From Candidatus Aenigmatarchaeota archaeon (GTDB taxonomy: Archaea > Aenigmatarchaeota > Aenigmatarchaeia > GW2011-AR5 > JAHLMP01): 61,364 nucleotides of DNA. The notes under the pieces are model-generated. The model had not been told where the DNA came from. It made no database searches and saw only the letters and a list, made by a program, of their open reading frames with translations. Each line of letters starts with the position of its first letter. Within the stretch, counting starts at the first letter, position 1. Shown here piece by piece: positions 39,488 through 48,062 of this stretch. The DNA lies in contig JAHLMP010000004.1 in the NCBI GenBank assembly GCA_018920315.1, forward strand, positions 2,753 through 64,116, written 5' to 3'. The position numbers and the translations under genes were made by a program.

Positions 39488-40192
39488 CTACCAAAAGATC
39501 TTTGCTCTATCCATGTCTACTATTCTATCTGGAAAAACAACAATACCTTTGTCTGTAATCTCATAAAAATGAAATCTTGTTGAATGCATAGTGCCTCGCA
39601 TCTTCCATATTGCTAATGCTGTTCTAAAGGCATCGAGCTGATAAATCCTTCTTAAAACTATTACACCATCTGTTACAAACTCTTCAACCCCAAACCTTGA
39701 AATTGAGTTAGAGCCAGGCACGCTTTCGCAGATAAGTATTGATGTGCAAAGGTTCTTTTTCAATATATCACAAAGCTCTAGTAGAGATCTTCTAACCTCT
39801 GCCTCTGCTCTAATATGAAGTGAGAAAGCTGATATAGAATCTATTACAACTCTCTTTGCTCTTATTTCACGAATATTGTTCTCTATCAACTCAAAAACAT
39901 CCATAAGTCTAAATGGATCATACTTTATCATTCTTATCTTATCTTCTTTCTCTAATCTATCAAAATCCCAACCAAATGCTAGGGCTTGATTCTTGAGCTC
40001 TTCTATCTTTTCCTCAAAGCTAACATATAAGCCAGGCTCTCCTGCAAGATAGAGATATTGCAAACCAAATATCGTTTTTCCCATTCCACAAGCTCCTGAT
40101 AGTAAGATAAGTTCTCCTTCTGGAACTCCTTTTGGCAATAGCTTATCAATACCAGGGATGTTTAACTTAACATAGCGAAATGCTTGTGGCAT
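39488..40192 (-). CDS. KaiC-like (RAD55/RecA-family) ATPase
   Basis: GACGMGKT, SFEE, VVIDS, SRFGVEEFVTDG, KMRGT. Confidence 0.9.
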   Translation of the reverse strand: MPQAFRYVKLNIPGIDKLLPKGVPEGELILLSGACGMGKTIFGLQYLYLAGEPGLYVSFEEKIEELKNQALAFGWDFDRLEKEDKIRMIKYDPFRLMDVFELIENNIREIRAKRVVIDSISAFSLHIRAEAEVRRSLLELCDILKKNLCTSILICESVPGSNSISRFGVEEFVTDGVIVLRRIYQLDAFRTALAIWKMRGTMHSTRFHFYEITDKGIVVFPDRIVDMDRAKIFW

Positions 40193-40344
40193 AACCTCAC
40201 TATCTTATCTATATATCTTAGAAAATAAAAAACTAATACACTTTGAAAATGAAATATTTGAAATAGTAATTTTCATTACGATTTCCTTTTCGATATTTTA
40301 CTTCTCTCTTACTGTCATAAATCTTAATATCTAATATTCATCTT

Positions 40345-41034
40345 TTATCTTGCACCCATAGCTTCTTGCTCTGTTCGTTCGCGATAAGCTATTGCTAAGG
40401 ACTTGCTAGAGTTTTCTGAAGCATTTATTAGTTCCTCTGCCAGAGCGCTTGCGATATCTATTTTATTATTAAAAGAGATCTTATATACTGATTGGCAAAT
40501 TATTCTCAAAGCTTTATCAACCCTTCTTTGGGGCGATGTCACTACTGCCACTCTTGCGATTATTCCACCTAGTTGATAAGATGCAACCTCTTCGCAAACA
40601 GCAGCATTTTCTATTGCTCTTACCAAAACCTCTACAGGATTCTTGTTAGTTTTCTTTTCTATAATTTCAAATGCCTTCTCTATAACTTTAAGCGCTGTAT
40701 ATAATCCTCCGCCAAACTTTCCTGAAGTTATTTTATGCTTCTTTGCAGAGTGACCACTAACAATAAGATGTAGAGCTAATCTTTCAACGATATGCATCTT
40801 TGATTTTTGAAATCTCTCTCGATAGTCTCGAGCTCCACAAGATTTAGGAATTATCGTTGGCTTCAAGGTTATATATCTCTTTAATCCAGGATCTCTTACC
40901 TCTACATCGCTTTTCCATCTTCCAAAAAGCTTTAGGTCTTCCCAAAGATTCTCTTGAAACTCTTGTTTTTTCTCTTTATCTTCTGTCCTCTCCTTCTTCA
41001 TTTCTTTTTCTTTGTATTCCTTTTCTTTAGCCAT
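40345..41034 (-). CDS. rps7: 30S ribosomal protein uS7
   Basis: KLFGRW...DPGL...HIVERL...NPVEVLVRAIEN...SPQRRVD; probable start MAKEKE. Confidence 0.95.
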   Translation of the reverse strand: MAKEKEYKEKEMKKERTEDKEKKQEFQENLWEDLKLFGRWKSDVEVRDPGLKRYITLKPTIIPKSCGARDYRERFQKSKMHIVERLALHLIVSGHSAKKHKITSGKFGGGLYTALKVIEKAFEIIEKKTNKNPVEVLVRAIENAAVCEEVASYQLGGIIARVAVVTSPQRRVDKALRIICQSVYKISFNNKIDIASALAEELINASENSSKSLAIAYRERTEQEAMGAR

Positions 41035-41106
41035 GTTGATAGATTTCTTATCTAAAAACATTTAAATTTATTTTTAGCAAGCTTTTCATCAATTGGCTTT
41101 TCTCAA

Positions 41107-41481
41107 TTACAGAGTTCTCAATCTTCCAGTTATTTTATCTATCTTTTCAGAATAATCTGGACCCAAAGCTAAGCATGTTATTGTATCTTCCTTTAGCTCT
41201 GTTTTTCCAGCATCTTTTACAAGGAATGAAGGAATTCTCAATTTTTTTGCTTCTCTCTTTATCTTAAGCAATTCTTCTAAATTCTCTACTGCTAAAATAA
41301 CCTTTTTTTCTCCTTGCTCCTTCCAAATTTTTCTTATAGTTTCGTTAGATTTTTCATAAGCATTCAAACATGCATGACAGCATTGAGAAGCTATCTTTCC
41401 TTTTGACATGTTCAGATCTTTTCTAACTATTATTACTTGCTTTATTTCCTTTTTTTCTTTTTGCAATTTGTCTTTCTCCAT
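41107..41481 (-). CDS. pth2: Peptidyl-tRNA hydrolase Pth2
   Basis: KQVIIVRKDLNMSKGKIASQCCHA, DAGKTE, ALGP. Confidence 0.95.
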   Translation of the reverse strand: MEKDKLQKEKKEIKQVIIVRKDLNMSKGKIASQCCHACLNAYEKSNETIRKIWKEQGEKKVILAVENLEELLKIKREAKKLRIPSFLVKDAGKTELKEDTITCLALGPDYSEKIDKITGRLRTL

Positions 41482-41515
41482 ATTTTAGATTTTTCGTCTC
41501 GAAATTAAAAGATGT

Positions 41516-42145
41516 TTATACTCTTCCTAGCTTCTTTGCTTTTATATAAGTTAAAATTATAGTTTGCACCGTAGTTATAATACAAAGTATTGTAGTCGCT
41601 ACTAAAACCAAAAAGCTTGCTTTTTTAGAAAATCTTGCAAGCAGAAGAGTTAGTAATAGCATTGGGTAGATCTCTGTTCGATGCATAATTCTCCATATTA
41701 CCTTTTCGTTAGGATCGTCCACAGCTTTTCTATGGTTTGCATATGCAACCTCAAATGTTGGCATTAAGCAAAAATATGCAAGCATTGTAATCCAATATTC
41801 TGTTGGCATTAATAAACTTGATTCCAAATCCAAAAACAAAAAGGAAAATATCAAAAGAAAGTCAACTATTCTATCGAAGCTTCCATCTAAGAAGGCTCCA
41901 AAATTTGTTACATTTCCCTTAAATCTTGCTACGCCACCATCTATGCCATCTAGCAAGCCAGCAAAGAGAAATGAAAAAAATGCCTCTAAAATTTTTCTTT
42001 CTATTGCAAAATAAAAACCAAAAAATGCAGGAATTATAGAGATTAATGTCCATTGATTTGGAGTTAGAGGAAGCTTTGAAAATATTCTTCCAACTTTGAG
42101 AGAAATTTTATCTGTGTCAAAAAATTCCTTTAGCATAATTATCAC
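41516..42145 (-). CDS. CDP-alcohol phosphatidyltransferase (archaetidylinositol-phosphate synthase-like)
   Basis: TPNQWT, DGIDGGVAR...FGAFLDGSFDRIVD signature; clustered with ino1. Confidence 0.88.
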   Translation of the reverse strand: MIIMLKEFFDTDKISLKVGRIFSKLPLTPNQWTLISIIPAFFGFYFAIERKILEAFFSFLFAGLLDGIDGGVARFKGNVTNFGAFLDGSFDRIVDFLLIFSFLFLDLESSLLMPTEYWITMLAYFCLMPTFEVAYANHRKAVDDPNEKVIWRIMHRTEIYPMLLLTLLLARFSKKASFLVLVATTILCIITTVQTIILTYIKAKKLGRV

Positions 42146-42169
42146 TAAAATTAAATCTCAAGTAAAAAA

Positions 42170-42847
42170 TTAAATCTCAAGCGGATACGGATCTCTTAAG
42201 AATTCCTTCCAACCACCAAAAACTACTCTATCTGCTTTTGAAAAATCTTGGCCTTTCGTAAAATCATTAGGAAGAGCTATTACATATAATCCAGCGTTTT
42301 TCGCTGCTATAACACCTTTTTCTGTATCTTCAAATGCAAGACAATTCTTTGGGGATGATCCAATCAACTTTGTTGCAAGTATATACATATCAGGGTAAGG
42401 TTTTCCTCTTCCTGCTCTTTCTTCTGTAGATCTAACTTCTGGAGGAAAGTAATTTTCTAATTTTACGGATTTTAACTTCATAGCAAGCTGCTTATCGCTT
42501 TCTCCAGATGCTATAGCGATTTTATATCTTTTAGAAATTTTCTTTAGAGCTTTTAGAGCAAAAGGCATTATTCTAGCTTTCTTTTCGAAAAGAGTTTTTA
42601 AAAATTTTTGCGACTCGCTATAAAGCTCTTCTTCACTTATAGGAATTTCATATTTTTCTTTCAACAACTTAGGAATCTCATTTTTAGAAGATTTTCCAAG
42701 ATAATCTCTAATATACTCTTCTTTCGAAATTCTAACTCCAAATTTCTTAAGAACAAGATTCCACTTTTCATATTGCAATCTTTCAGTATCTGCAAGAACC
42801 CCATCAAAATCAAAAACTACGCCTCTTATCCTTTCCATTAAAAACAC
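42170..42847 (-). CDS. HAD-superfamily phosphatase (beta-PGM-like)
   Basis: FDFDGVLADTE, KPYPD, FEDT..GV.AAKNAG. Confidence 0.9.
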   Translation of the reverse strand: MFLMERIRGVVFDFDGVLADTERLQYEKWNLVLKKFGVRISKEEYIRDYLGKSSKNEIPKLLKEKYEIPISEEELYSESQKFLKTLFEKKARIMPFALKALKKISKRYKIAIASGESDKQLAMKLKSVKLENYFPPEVRSTEERAGRGKPYPDMYILATKLIGSSPKNCLAFEDTEKGVIAAKNAGLYVIALPNDFTKGQDFSKADRVVFGGWKEFLRDPYPLEI

Positions 42848-42879
42848 CTTTATTCAAGCTATTTCTTTTTGCTTAACTT

Positions 42880-43980
42880 TTATCTTTCTCTTTCTCCTCT
42901 TATAAATTCTTCTAACATCTCTCTTGCTTTTTCATCTGGAATTTGAATTGGTGGGTGTTTCATCAAATAAGCTGATGCTGAAATCAATGCTCCGCCAATC
43001 TTTCTATCTAAAGCAAGCTTAGCTATTCTTATAGCATCTATAACGCAGCCAGCAGAGTTCGGAGAATCTTCTACAGAAAGCTTAACATCTATCTCAAAAG
43101 GTACATTTCCAAACTTTCTTCCTTCTATTCTTATATAAGAAATTTTATTGTCATTCAACCAAGGAACCCAATCACTAGGCCCTATGTGCAAATTATCATA
43201 GCTAAGCTTTCTAGAGAGCAAAGAGTTTACAGCTTCTGTTTTTGATATCTTCTTTGATGTTAATCTACTTCTTTCAAGCATGTTAAGAAAGTCTGTATTA
43301 CCACCAAAATTAAGTTGATAACTTCTATCTATTATACAACCTCTACTTTCGATTAACCTCATAATAGTTCTATGCAATATTGAAGCACCTATCTGAGATT
43401 TTATGTCATCACCTATAATTGGCAATCCTTTCTCTTCAAATCTTTTTGCCCATCTCTCGTTAGAAGCAATAAATACAGGAATGCAATTTATAAAAGCGCA
43501 ATTTGCATCTAATGCTGCATTTGCATAATACTCTGTTGCTTTTTCCGAGCCGACTGGAAGATAGTTAATCAAAATCTCTGCTCTTGCTTTTTTCAATTCT
43601 TCAACTACGTCTACTTCCTTTTCTTCGCTAATCAAGAATGTATTTTCTTCTGGATAATTTTTCATATGAGGAGCAAAACTATCTAAAACTGGTCCTCTTT
43701 TTACTTCAACCCCTATCTTAGGAATATCTTTACAAAATATCTTAGTGCAATTAGGCTTTGCAAATATTGCTTCAGAAACATCCTTTCCAACCTTTCTTTT
43801 ATCTATATCAAAGGCAGCAACAATTTCTATATCAGATATTTTATACCCTCCTAAAATATTATGCATCAAGCCAGGAACAAAATCTTGATCATCTTCAACA
43901 TTCTTATAATAAAATATTCCTTGAATTAAAGCAGAAGCACAATTTCCTAAGCCAGCTATCGCTACTCTTATCTTTCCCAT
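42880..43980 (-). CDS. ino1: myo-Inositol-1(3)-phosphate synthase
   Basis: Start MGKIRVAIAGLGNCAS; YLPVGS, GDDIKSQ, GGNTDFLNM, EDSPNSAG. ORF track extends to 44082. Confidence 0.95.
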   Translation of the reverse strand: MGKIRVAIAGLGNCASALIQGIFYYKNVEDDQDFVPGLMHNILGGYKISDIEIVAAFDIDKRKVGKDVSEAIFAKPNCTKIFCKDIPKIGVEVKRGPVLDSFAPHMKNYPEENTFLISEEKEVDVVEELKKARAEILINYLPVGSEKATEYYANAALDANCAFINCIPVFIASNERWAKRFEEKGLPIIGDDIKSQIGASILHRTIMRLIESRGCIIDRSYQLNFGGNTDFLNMLERSRLTSKKISKTEAVNSLLSRKLSYDNLHIGPSDWVPWLNDNKISYIRIEGRKFGNVPFEIDVKLSVEDSPNSAGCVIDAIRIAKLALDRKIGGALISASAYLMKHPPIQIPDEKAREMLEEFIRGERER

Positions 43981-44009
43981 ATTGATTAATAATAATAGAA
44001 AAGTATTTA

Positions 44010-44055
44010 AGTATTTTATGACGTAAAATACTACAATTTTATAATGTAAAATACT
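44010..44055. promoter_or_regulatory. Tandem 23-bp palindromic operator between ino1 and padR
   Basis: AGTATTTTA-TGACG-TAAAATACT (perfect 9-bp IR) directly followed by ACAATTTTA-TAATG-TAAAATACT; abuts the ino1 TATA-like box at about 44004-44010. Confidence 0.65.
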
Positions 44056-44153
44056 GAGGATTATCGGCAAAAATCTTTGCATATCTAATAAATATTTATA
44101 ATCGCTTTCAGAAGCCCAGCAAAATTAAAAATTATGAAAACAAAGTTTATGAT

Positions 44154-44474
44154 ATGAGAAAACCTAGCGAAAGGCTTAAGGATTCGATAACAAAAGACAA
44201 TCTTTGGATATATATACTTAAGATGCTTTCAGAGAAGAATTACTATCCTTATAGATTAAGAGATGAAATTGAGAAAAGATTTGGATTTAGTCCAGGAAGT
44301 GTAACAAGCTACATAGTTCTAAAAAAATTGGAAGCTCAAGGCTTTGTTAAAAAATGGAAAGAAAAAAGCTCGCTTGGCCCGGAAAGAAATTTTTATAAGA
44401 TAACAACAAAAGGAAGGAGAGAATTAAATAATGGTATTAAGATTTTAAGAAATCTTGTTAAGAAGATAAAATGA
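44154..44474 (+). CDS. PadR-family transcriptional regulator
   Basis: YPYRL...PGSVTSYIVLKKLEAQGFV...GPERNFYKITTKG. Confidence 0.88.
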   Translation: MRKPSERLKDSITKDNLWIYILKMLSEKNYYPYRLRDEIEKRFGFSPGSVTSYIVLKKLEAQGFVKKWKEKSSLGPERNFYKITTKGRRELNNGIKILRNLVKKIK

Positions 44475-44493
44475 ATATTATTTTAGAAAAATA

Positions 44494-45483
44494 TTATTTC
44501 CACATTACTTCAAAATCTTCTGTTCTCCATTTTGGTAAAATATCAATCTCTTCTAATTTTAAAGTTTTATAACCTGATTTACTCATTAAAATTCCTAACC
44601 ATGCGATCATTGCTCCATTATCACCTGCATACTCGCCTGGAACTACAGCAAAGCTTGCTCCTCTTTCTTCACACATTATTCTAAGCATTTCTTGCAATCT
44701 TTTGTTTGCAGCAACTCCTCCTGTTAATAATACCTCTTCTTTTCCGGTATGTGCTACGGCTCTTTCGGTAGCTTCTGTTAGCATTGCAAAGCAAGTTTCT
44801 TGAATTGAATAGCAAAGATCTTCTAACCTTATGCCTTCTTTTAATTTTCTTATTGCAGCTGTAAGTATTCCTGTAAAACTAAAATCCATTCCTTTAACAA
44901 CATAAGGCAATTCTATATAACTTCCTTTCTTTGCAAGCTCTTCTATTTTTGGACCACCAGGATGCTGAAGATTTGCTTCTCTTGCAAAGCTATCAAGCAT
45001 GTTGCCTATAGCTATGTCTAATGTTTCTCCAAAGCATCTATATCTTTTCTCAACAAAAGCAAGAATTTGGGTATTGCCTCCAGAAACATAGAGAGTTACA
45101 GGATCTTTTAGATCTGTTTTCAATATTCCTATTTCAACATGAGCAACACAATGATTTACTCCATAAATCTTTACATCTTTTTCTAATCTTTCCAAGATTT
45201 TATTTACAAAATCCTTTCCAACTCTTAAACAAGGTGGCAATCCTGGCCCTCTGCTAAAAGAAATAACATCTATCTCATTAATTCTTATTTTTGCTTTATC
45301 CAAAGCCTTTTCTAAAACGCTTTCAGCATTTTCTCTTAATTTATTAGCTGCATCTATTGGAATTATTCCATATCCTAATGGTGGTTGATAAACATATCTT
45401 TCATTTGCTAAAACATTTCCTTTATCATCAACAATACCTATACCAAAAGTGTGAGCAGTAGATTCTATACCAAGCGAAAGCAT
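44494..45483 (-). CDS. kae1: t6A tRNA threonylcarbamoyltransferase Kae1 (not fused to Bud32)
   Basis: Start MLSLGIESTAHT; GPG, NHCVAHVE, SGGNTQ, GETLDIAIGN, DNGAMIA. Confidence 0.95.
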   Translation of the reverse strand: MLSLGIESTAHTFGIGIVDDKGNVLANERYVYQPPLGYGIIPIDAANKLRENAESVLEKALDKAKIRINEIDVISFSRGPGLPPCLRVGKDFVNKILERLEKDVKIYGVNHCVAHVEIGILKTDLKDPVTLYVSGGNTQILAFVEKRYRCFGETLDIAIGNMLDSFAREANLQHPGGPKIEELAKKGSYIELPYVVKGMDFSFTGILTAAIRKLKEGIRLEDLCYSIQETCFAMLTEATERAVAHTGKEEVLLTGGVAANKRLQEMLRIMCEERGASFAVVPGEYAGDNGAMIAWLGILMSKSGYKTLKLEEIDILPKWRTEDFEVMWK

Positions 45484-45515
45484 GATTTTATTATTAATAA
45501 AAAAATTATAAGAAT

Positions 45516-45893
45516 ATGCCAATATTTGTTATTCATCATCATCTTGCAAGAAAAGAGCATTGGGATTTGAGATTAGAAGTTGATAACGTGCTAAAATCAT
45601 GGGCATTGCCAAAAGAGCCTCCTAAAGAGAAAGGAATTAAAAGACTTGCAATTCAAGTAGAGGATCATCCTTTAGATTATGCAAACTTTGAAGGAGAAAT
45701 ACCAAAAGGATTCTATGGTGCCGGAAAGGTTGAGATTTGGGACAAAGGATACTATGAGATAATAAAGTTTGGAGAAGATGAAATAATATTTAATTTAAAT
45801 GGAAAGAAAGTAAAAGGAGAGTATATCTTGCTAAAAATGAAAAGTAATAAATTTGGAAAGGAAAAGAATGCATGGCTTTTTTTCAAGAGATAA
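45516..45893 (+). CDS. Stand-alone LigD 3'-phosphoesterase domain protein
   Basis: HHLARKEHWDLRLE, SWALPK, RLAIQVEDHPLDY, YGAGKVEIWDKG. Confidence 0.9.
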   Translation: MPIFVIHHHLARKEHWDLRLEVDNVLKSWALPKEPPKEKGIKRLAIQVEDHPLDYANFEGEIPKGFYGAGKVEIWDKGYYEIIKFGEDEIIFNLNGKKVKGEYILLKMKSNKFGKEKNAWLFFKR

Positions 45894-46305
45894 AATACCT
45901 TTTATCTATTCTTTTCATTCCATATTTTTTAAGCACTTCGTTAAATTTTTCGATATCATTTATAAAAAATAAATGAGATTTACATGAGCAATCAGAAGAG
46001 CCAAATCTATATATTGGATTTGCTATCTTAATTAAATCTCTTGCAATCTTACATTCTTCATTTTTTCCAGCATTCTTATAAAATATATCGTCTATTTTTG
46101 CAAATCTTTTAGAAAGAAGATAATCAATATGCCAAAATTTCTTTTTTCTCTTTCTCAAATGCCTTTCTATTCTTTTTTCTAAGCTATTTTGCGCAGAGCC
46201 AACGTAAGCATAATCGCCTTTGTTGAGTTTTATAGCCCCAATACTTCCAATAATTATTTTACAATCCTTTTTTAATACTATCTTCAATATATAAACTCCT
46301 TTCAT
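45883..46305 (-). CDS. GIY-YIG/Uri superfamily nuclease (DUF123)
   Basis: KGVYIL, YAYVGSA, RIERH, WHIDYL, FGSSDCSCKSHL. Confidence 0.88.
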   Translation of the reverse strand: MKGVYILKIVLKKDCKIIIGSIGAIKLNKGDYAYVGSAQNSLEKRIERHLRKRKKKFWHIDYLLSKRFAKIDDIFYKNAGKNEECKIARDLIKIANPIYRFGSSDCSCKSHLFFINDIEKFNEVLKKYGMKRIDKRYFIS

Positions 46306-46388
46306 CTCAGTTCTTGTTCTGGTTTCCTTATAAATTCTTTCAAATAATTTTTTGCTTGAATAATTATTTGCTATCTTTCAAATGTAGC

Positions 46389-46673
46389 TCATTCTCCAAC
46401 CAATTCTTTTATTTCTTTCTTCGCGTGCTCAATCTCTTCTTTTTGCTCCTTATCTCTATTTATTAGCAATTGTTGAAACTCTCCTACATGAGTTTTTTCC
46501 TCTTTTGCTATATCCAAAAGAACTTTCTTTATTTTCTCATCTTTTGCTATAGATGCTAATTGCTCATAAAGATTTACAGCATCGAGCTCTGCTATAATGC
46601 CAACTCTCAGAATCTCTTTATCCAAATCCTTGCTATTAACCTTTTCCAAATCTATCGGGATTTTTGATAGCAT
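46389..46673 (-). CDS. Short ferritin-like protein (EncFtn/Flp-like)
   Basis: Probable start MLSKIP; IIAELDAVNLYEQ...DIAKEEKTHVGEF half-ferritin motifs. Confidence 0.8.
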   Translation of the reverse strand: MLSKIPIDLEKVNSKDLDKEILRVGIIAELDAVNLYEQLASIAKDEKIKKVLLDIAKEEKTHVGEFQQLLINRDKEQKEEIEHAKKEIKELVGE

Positions 46674-46733
46674 TTTATCACCATTTAAAAAATAATTATA
46701 GTTTAAGACCAAATTTATAAAAGTTTAAAATGT

Positions 46734-46967
46734 TCATTTCTGCTCTTTAGATATTTCTATCTTTCCCCAGAAACATCGACCACAAAACTTTCTATTTTTA
46801 TGAGTTGCTAAGAATGTTCCTGTACCACATCTTGGGCAGCTTTCTTTCTTCCTAATAACCTTTCCATCTTTAACCTCGTAGAACTTCCATATTTGGACTT
46901 TACGATGCTTACATTTGGATTTCGGTCTTTCTTTTTGCGACTTTTTTTCCTTTTCTTCTTTTGGCAT
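46734..46967 (-). CDS. rps27ae: 30S ribosomal protein S27ae (eS31)
   Basis: YEV...CPRCGTGTFLATH...CGRC. Confidence 0.93.
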   Translation of the reverse strand: MPKEEKEKKSQKERPKSKCKHRKVQIWKFYEVKDGKVIRKKESCPRCGTGTFLATHKNRKFCGRCFWGKIEISKEQK

Positions 46968-47055
46968 GTTAATTCACTAATAAATCAAATATTTAATTAT
47001 TTTAATTTTTTCATTGCTCTAGTTCTTATACGCCTTCAACCCTATCTTTTAAATT

Positions 47056-47358
47056 TTATTTTGACTCGGCTTTTTCGTTATTATTCTCGCTTCCTTCAGT
47101 TTTTTTCATCTTTTCCCATAGATTTTCTACTTTTGGCTCGTCCCATATCTTTGCGATTACTTCTGAGTTTCCTATACCTTTTTTTGAAAATATTTTACAA
47201 ATATCTACACGCTTTATTTCAACATTAAAAATATCTGCAAAGAATTTTTGTAATAATCCTTTAAGTGGCGTTGGTGCGTTTTCATGCTTTACTAAAATCT
47301 TTAGTTCTCTTCTTTTCAAAAACGGATTATATTTATCGCTGATAATCTCGTATTCCAT
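47056..47358 (-). CDS. rps24e: 30S ribosomal protein S24e (eS24)
   Basis: NPFLKRREL...HENAPTP...GIG; conserved synteny with S27ae. Confidence 0.9.
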   Translation of the reverse strand: MEYEIISDKYNPFLKRRELKILVKHENAPTPLKGLLQKFFADIFNVEIKRVDICKIFSKKGIGNSEVIAKIWDEPKVENLWEKMKKTEGSENNNEKAESK

Positions 47359-47373
47359 CTCATCACCTTCTTC

Positions 47374-47544
47374 CTAAACCTTTACGGCATATTCTCCTTC
47401 TTCGCTTATGTTCATCTTCTTAGCAATCTCGCTATTTGTGTCGAAAATTATTATAATGCCCTTATAATCATTAGTACCTTTTTCCTTGCAAACAGGACAT
47501 ATCATAGTGGGTATTATTCTTTTACATATCTTGCATGCTGGCAT
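47374..47544 (-). CDS. spt4: Transcription elongation factor Spt4 (RpoE'')
   Basis: Below the ORF-track cutoff; manual translation MPACKICKRIIPTMICPVCKEKGTNDYKGIIIIFDTNSEIAKKMNISEEGEYAVKV; conserved position upstream of S24e. Confidence 0.92.
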   Translation of the reverse strand: MPACKICKRIIPTMICPVCKEKGTNDYKGIIIIFDTNSEIAKKMNISEEGEYAVKV

Positions 47545-47631
47545 ATGCTGCACCTTTTTAAACTGCTTTTTAAAATTGTATTTTTTAAGAGATAATTTTT
47601 AATTAAGGTAAAACAATAAAATAATTTAAAG

Positions 47632-47850
47632 ATGTCGAAAGATAACAAATCCCAAAAAATAATAACTAGCAAGAAAGTAATAAAAAGCATTGCATATAAA
47701 GTTCTTGAGAAAAACCCACAAGATATAATAGATTATAAAAAAGGCGTCGAGGGGGCTCTTGATAGATTGGTTGGAAAGGTCTTTAAAGAAAGTGAAGGAA
47801 AAGCTGACCCTGTGATAATAAGAATGATGCTTAAGGAGATATTAAAGTAA
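47632..47850 (+). CDS. Stand-alone GatB C-terminal/YqeY-like domain protein
   Basis: VLEKNPQDIIDYKKG...LVGKVFKESEGKADP resembles the GatB tail domain. Confidence 0.7.
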   Translation: MSKDNKSQKIITSKKVIKSIAYKVLEKNPQDIIDYKKGVEGALDRLVGKVFKESEGKADPVIIRMMLKEILK

Positions 47851-47900
47851 TTATTTTTAAAAGTTATAGAAAGAATATTGTTTGTTCAAATCTTAGAGAA

Positions 47901-47992
47901 GGGTCGGTGGTCTAGTGGCTATGACGCCAAAGCAATAAAGCTGCGGAACGCTTACAACGTGGAGATCGGCGGTTCGAATCCGCCCCGGCCCA
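47901..47992 (+). tRNA. tRNA-Val(TAC) with a 19-nt anticodon-stem intron (29/30 at 47930-47948)
   Basis: Acceptor GGGTCGG/CCGGCCC-A; spliced anticodon arm CCACG-CTTACAA-CGTGG; T arm GGCGG-TTCGAAT-CCGCC. Confidence 0.9.
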
Positions 47993-48062
47993 TTCTTTAT
48001 TTCATTCTCCAAAAAGATTAAAAATACAGCAACAAATAAAATTAAAAGTTAAAAACGAAAAT

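Noticed and set aside
38733-40192. Circadian clock
   Set aside because: Single-domain KaiC-like proteins without the CII Ser/Thr sites and no kaiA/kaiB.
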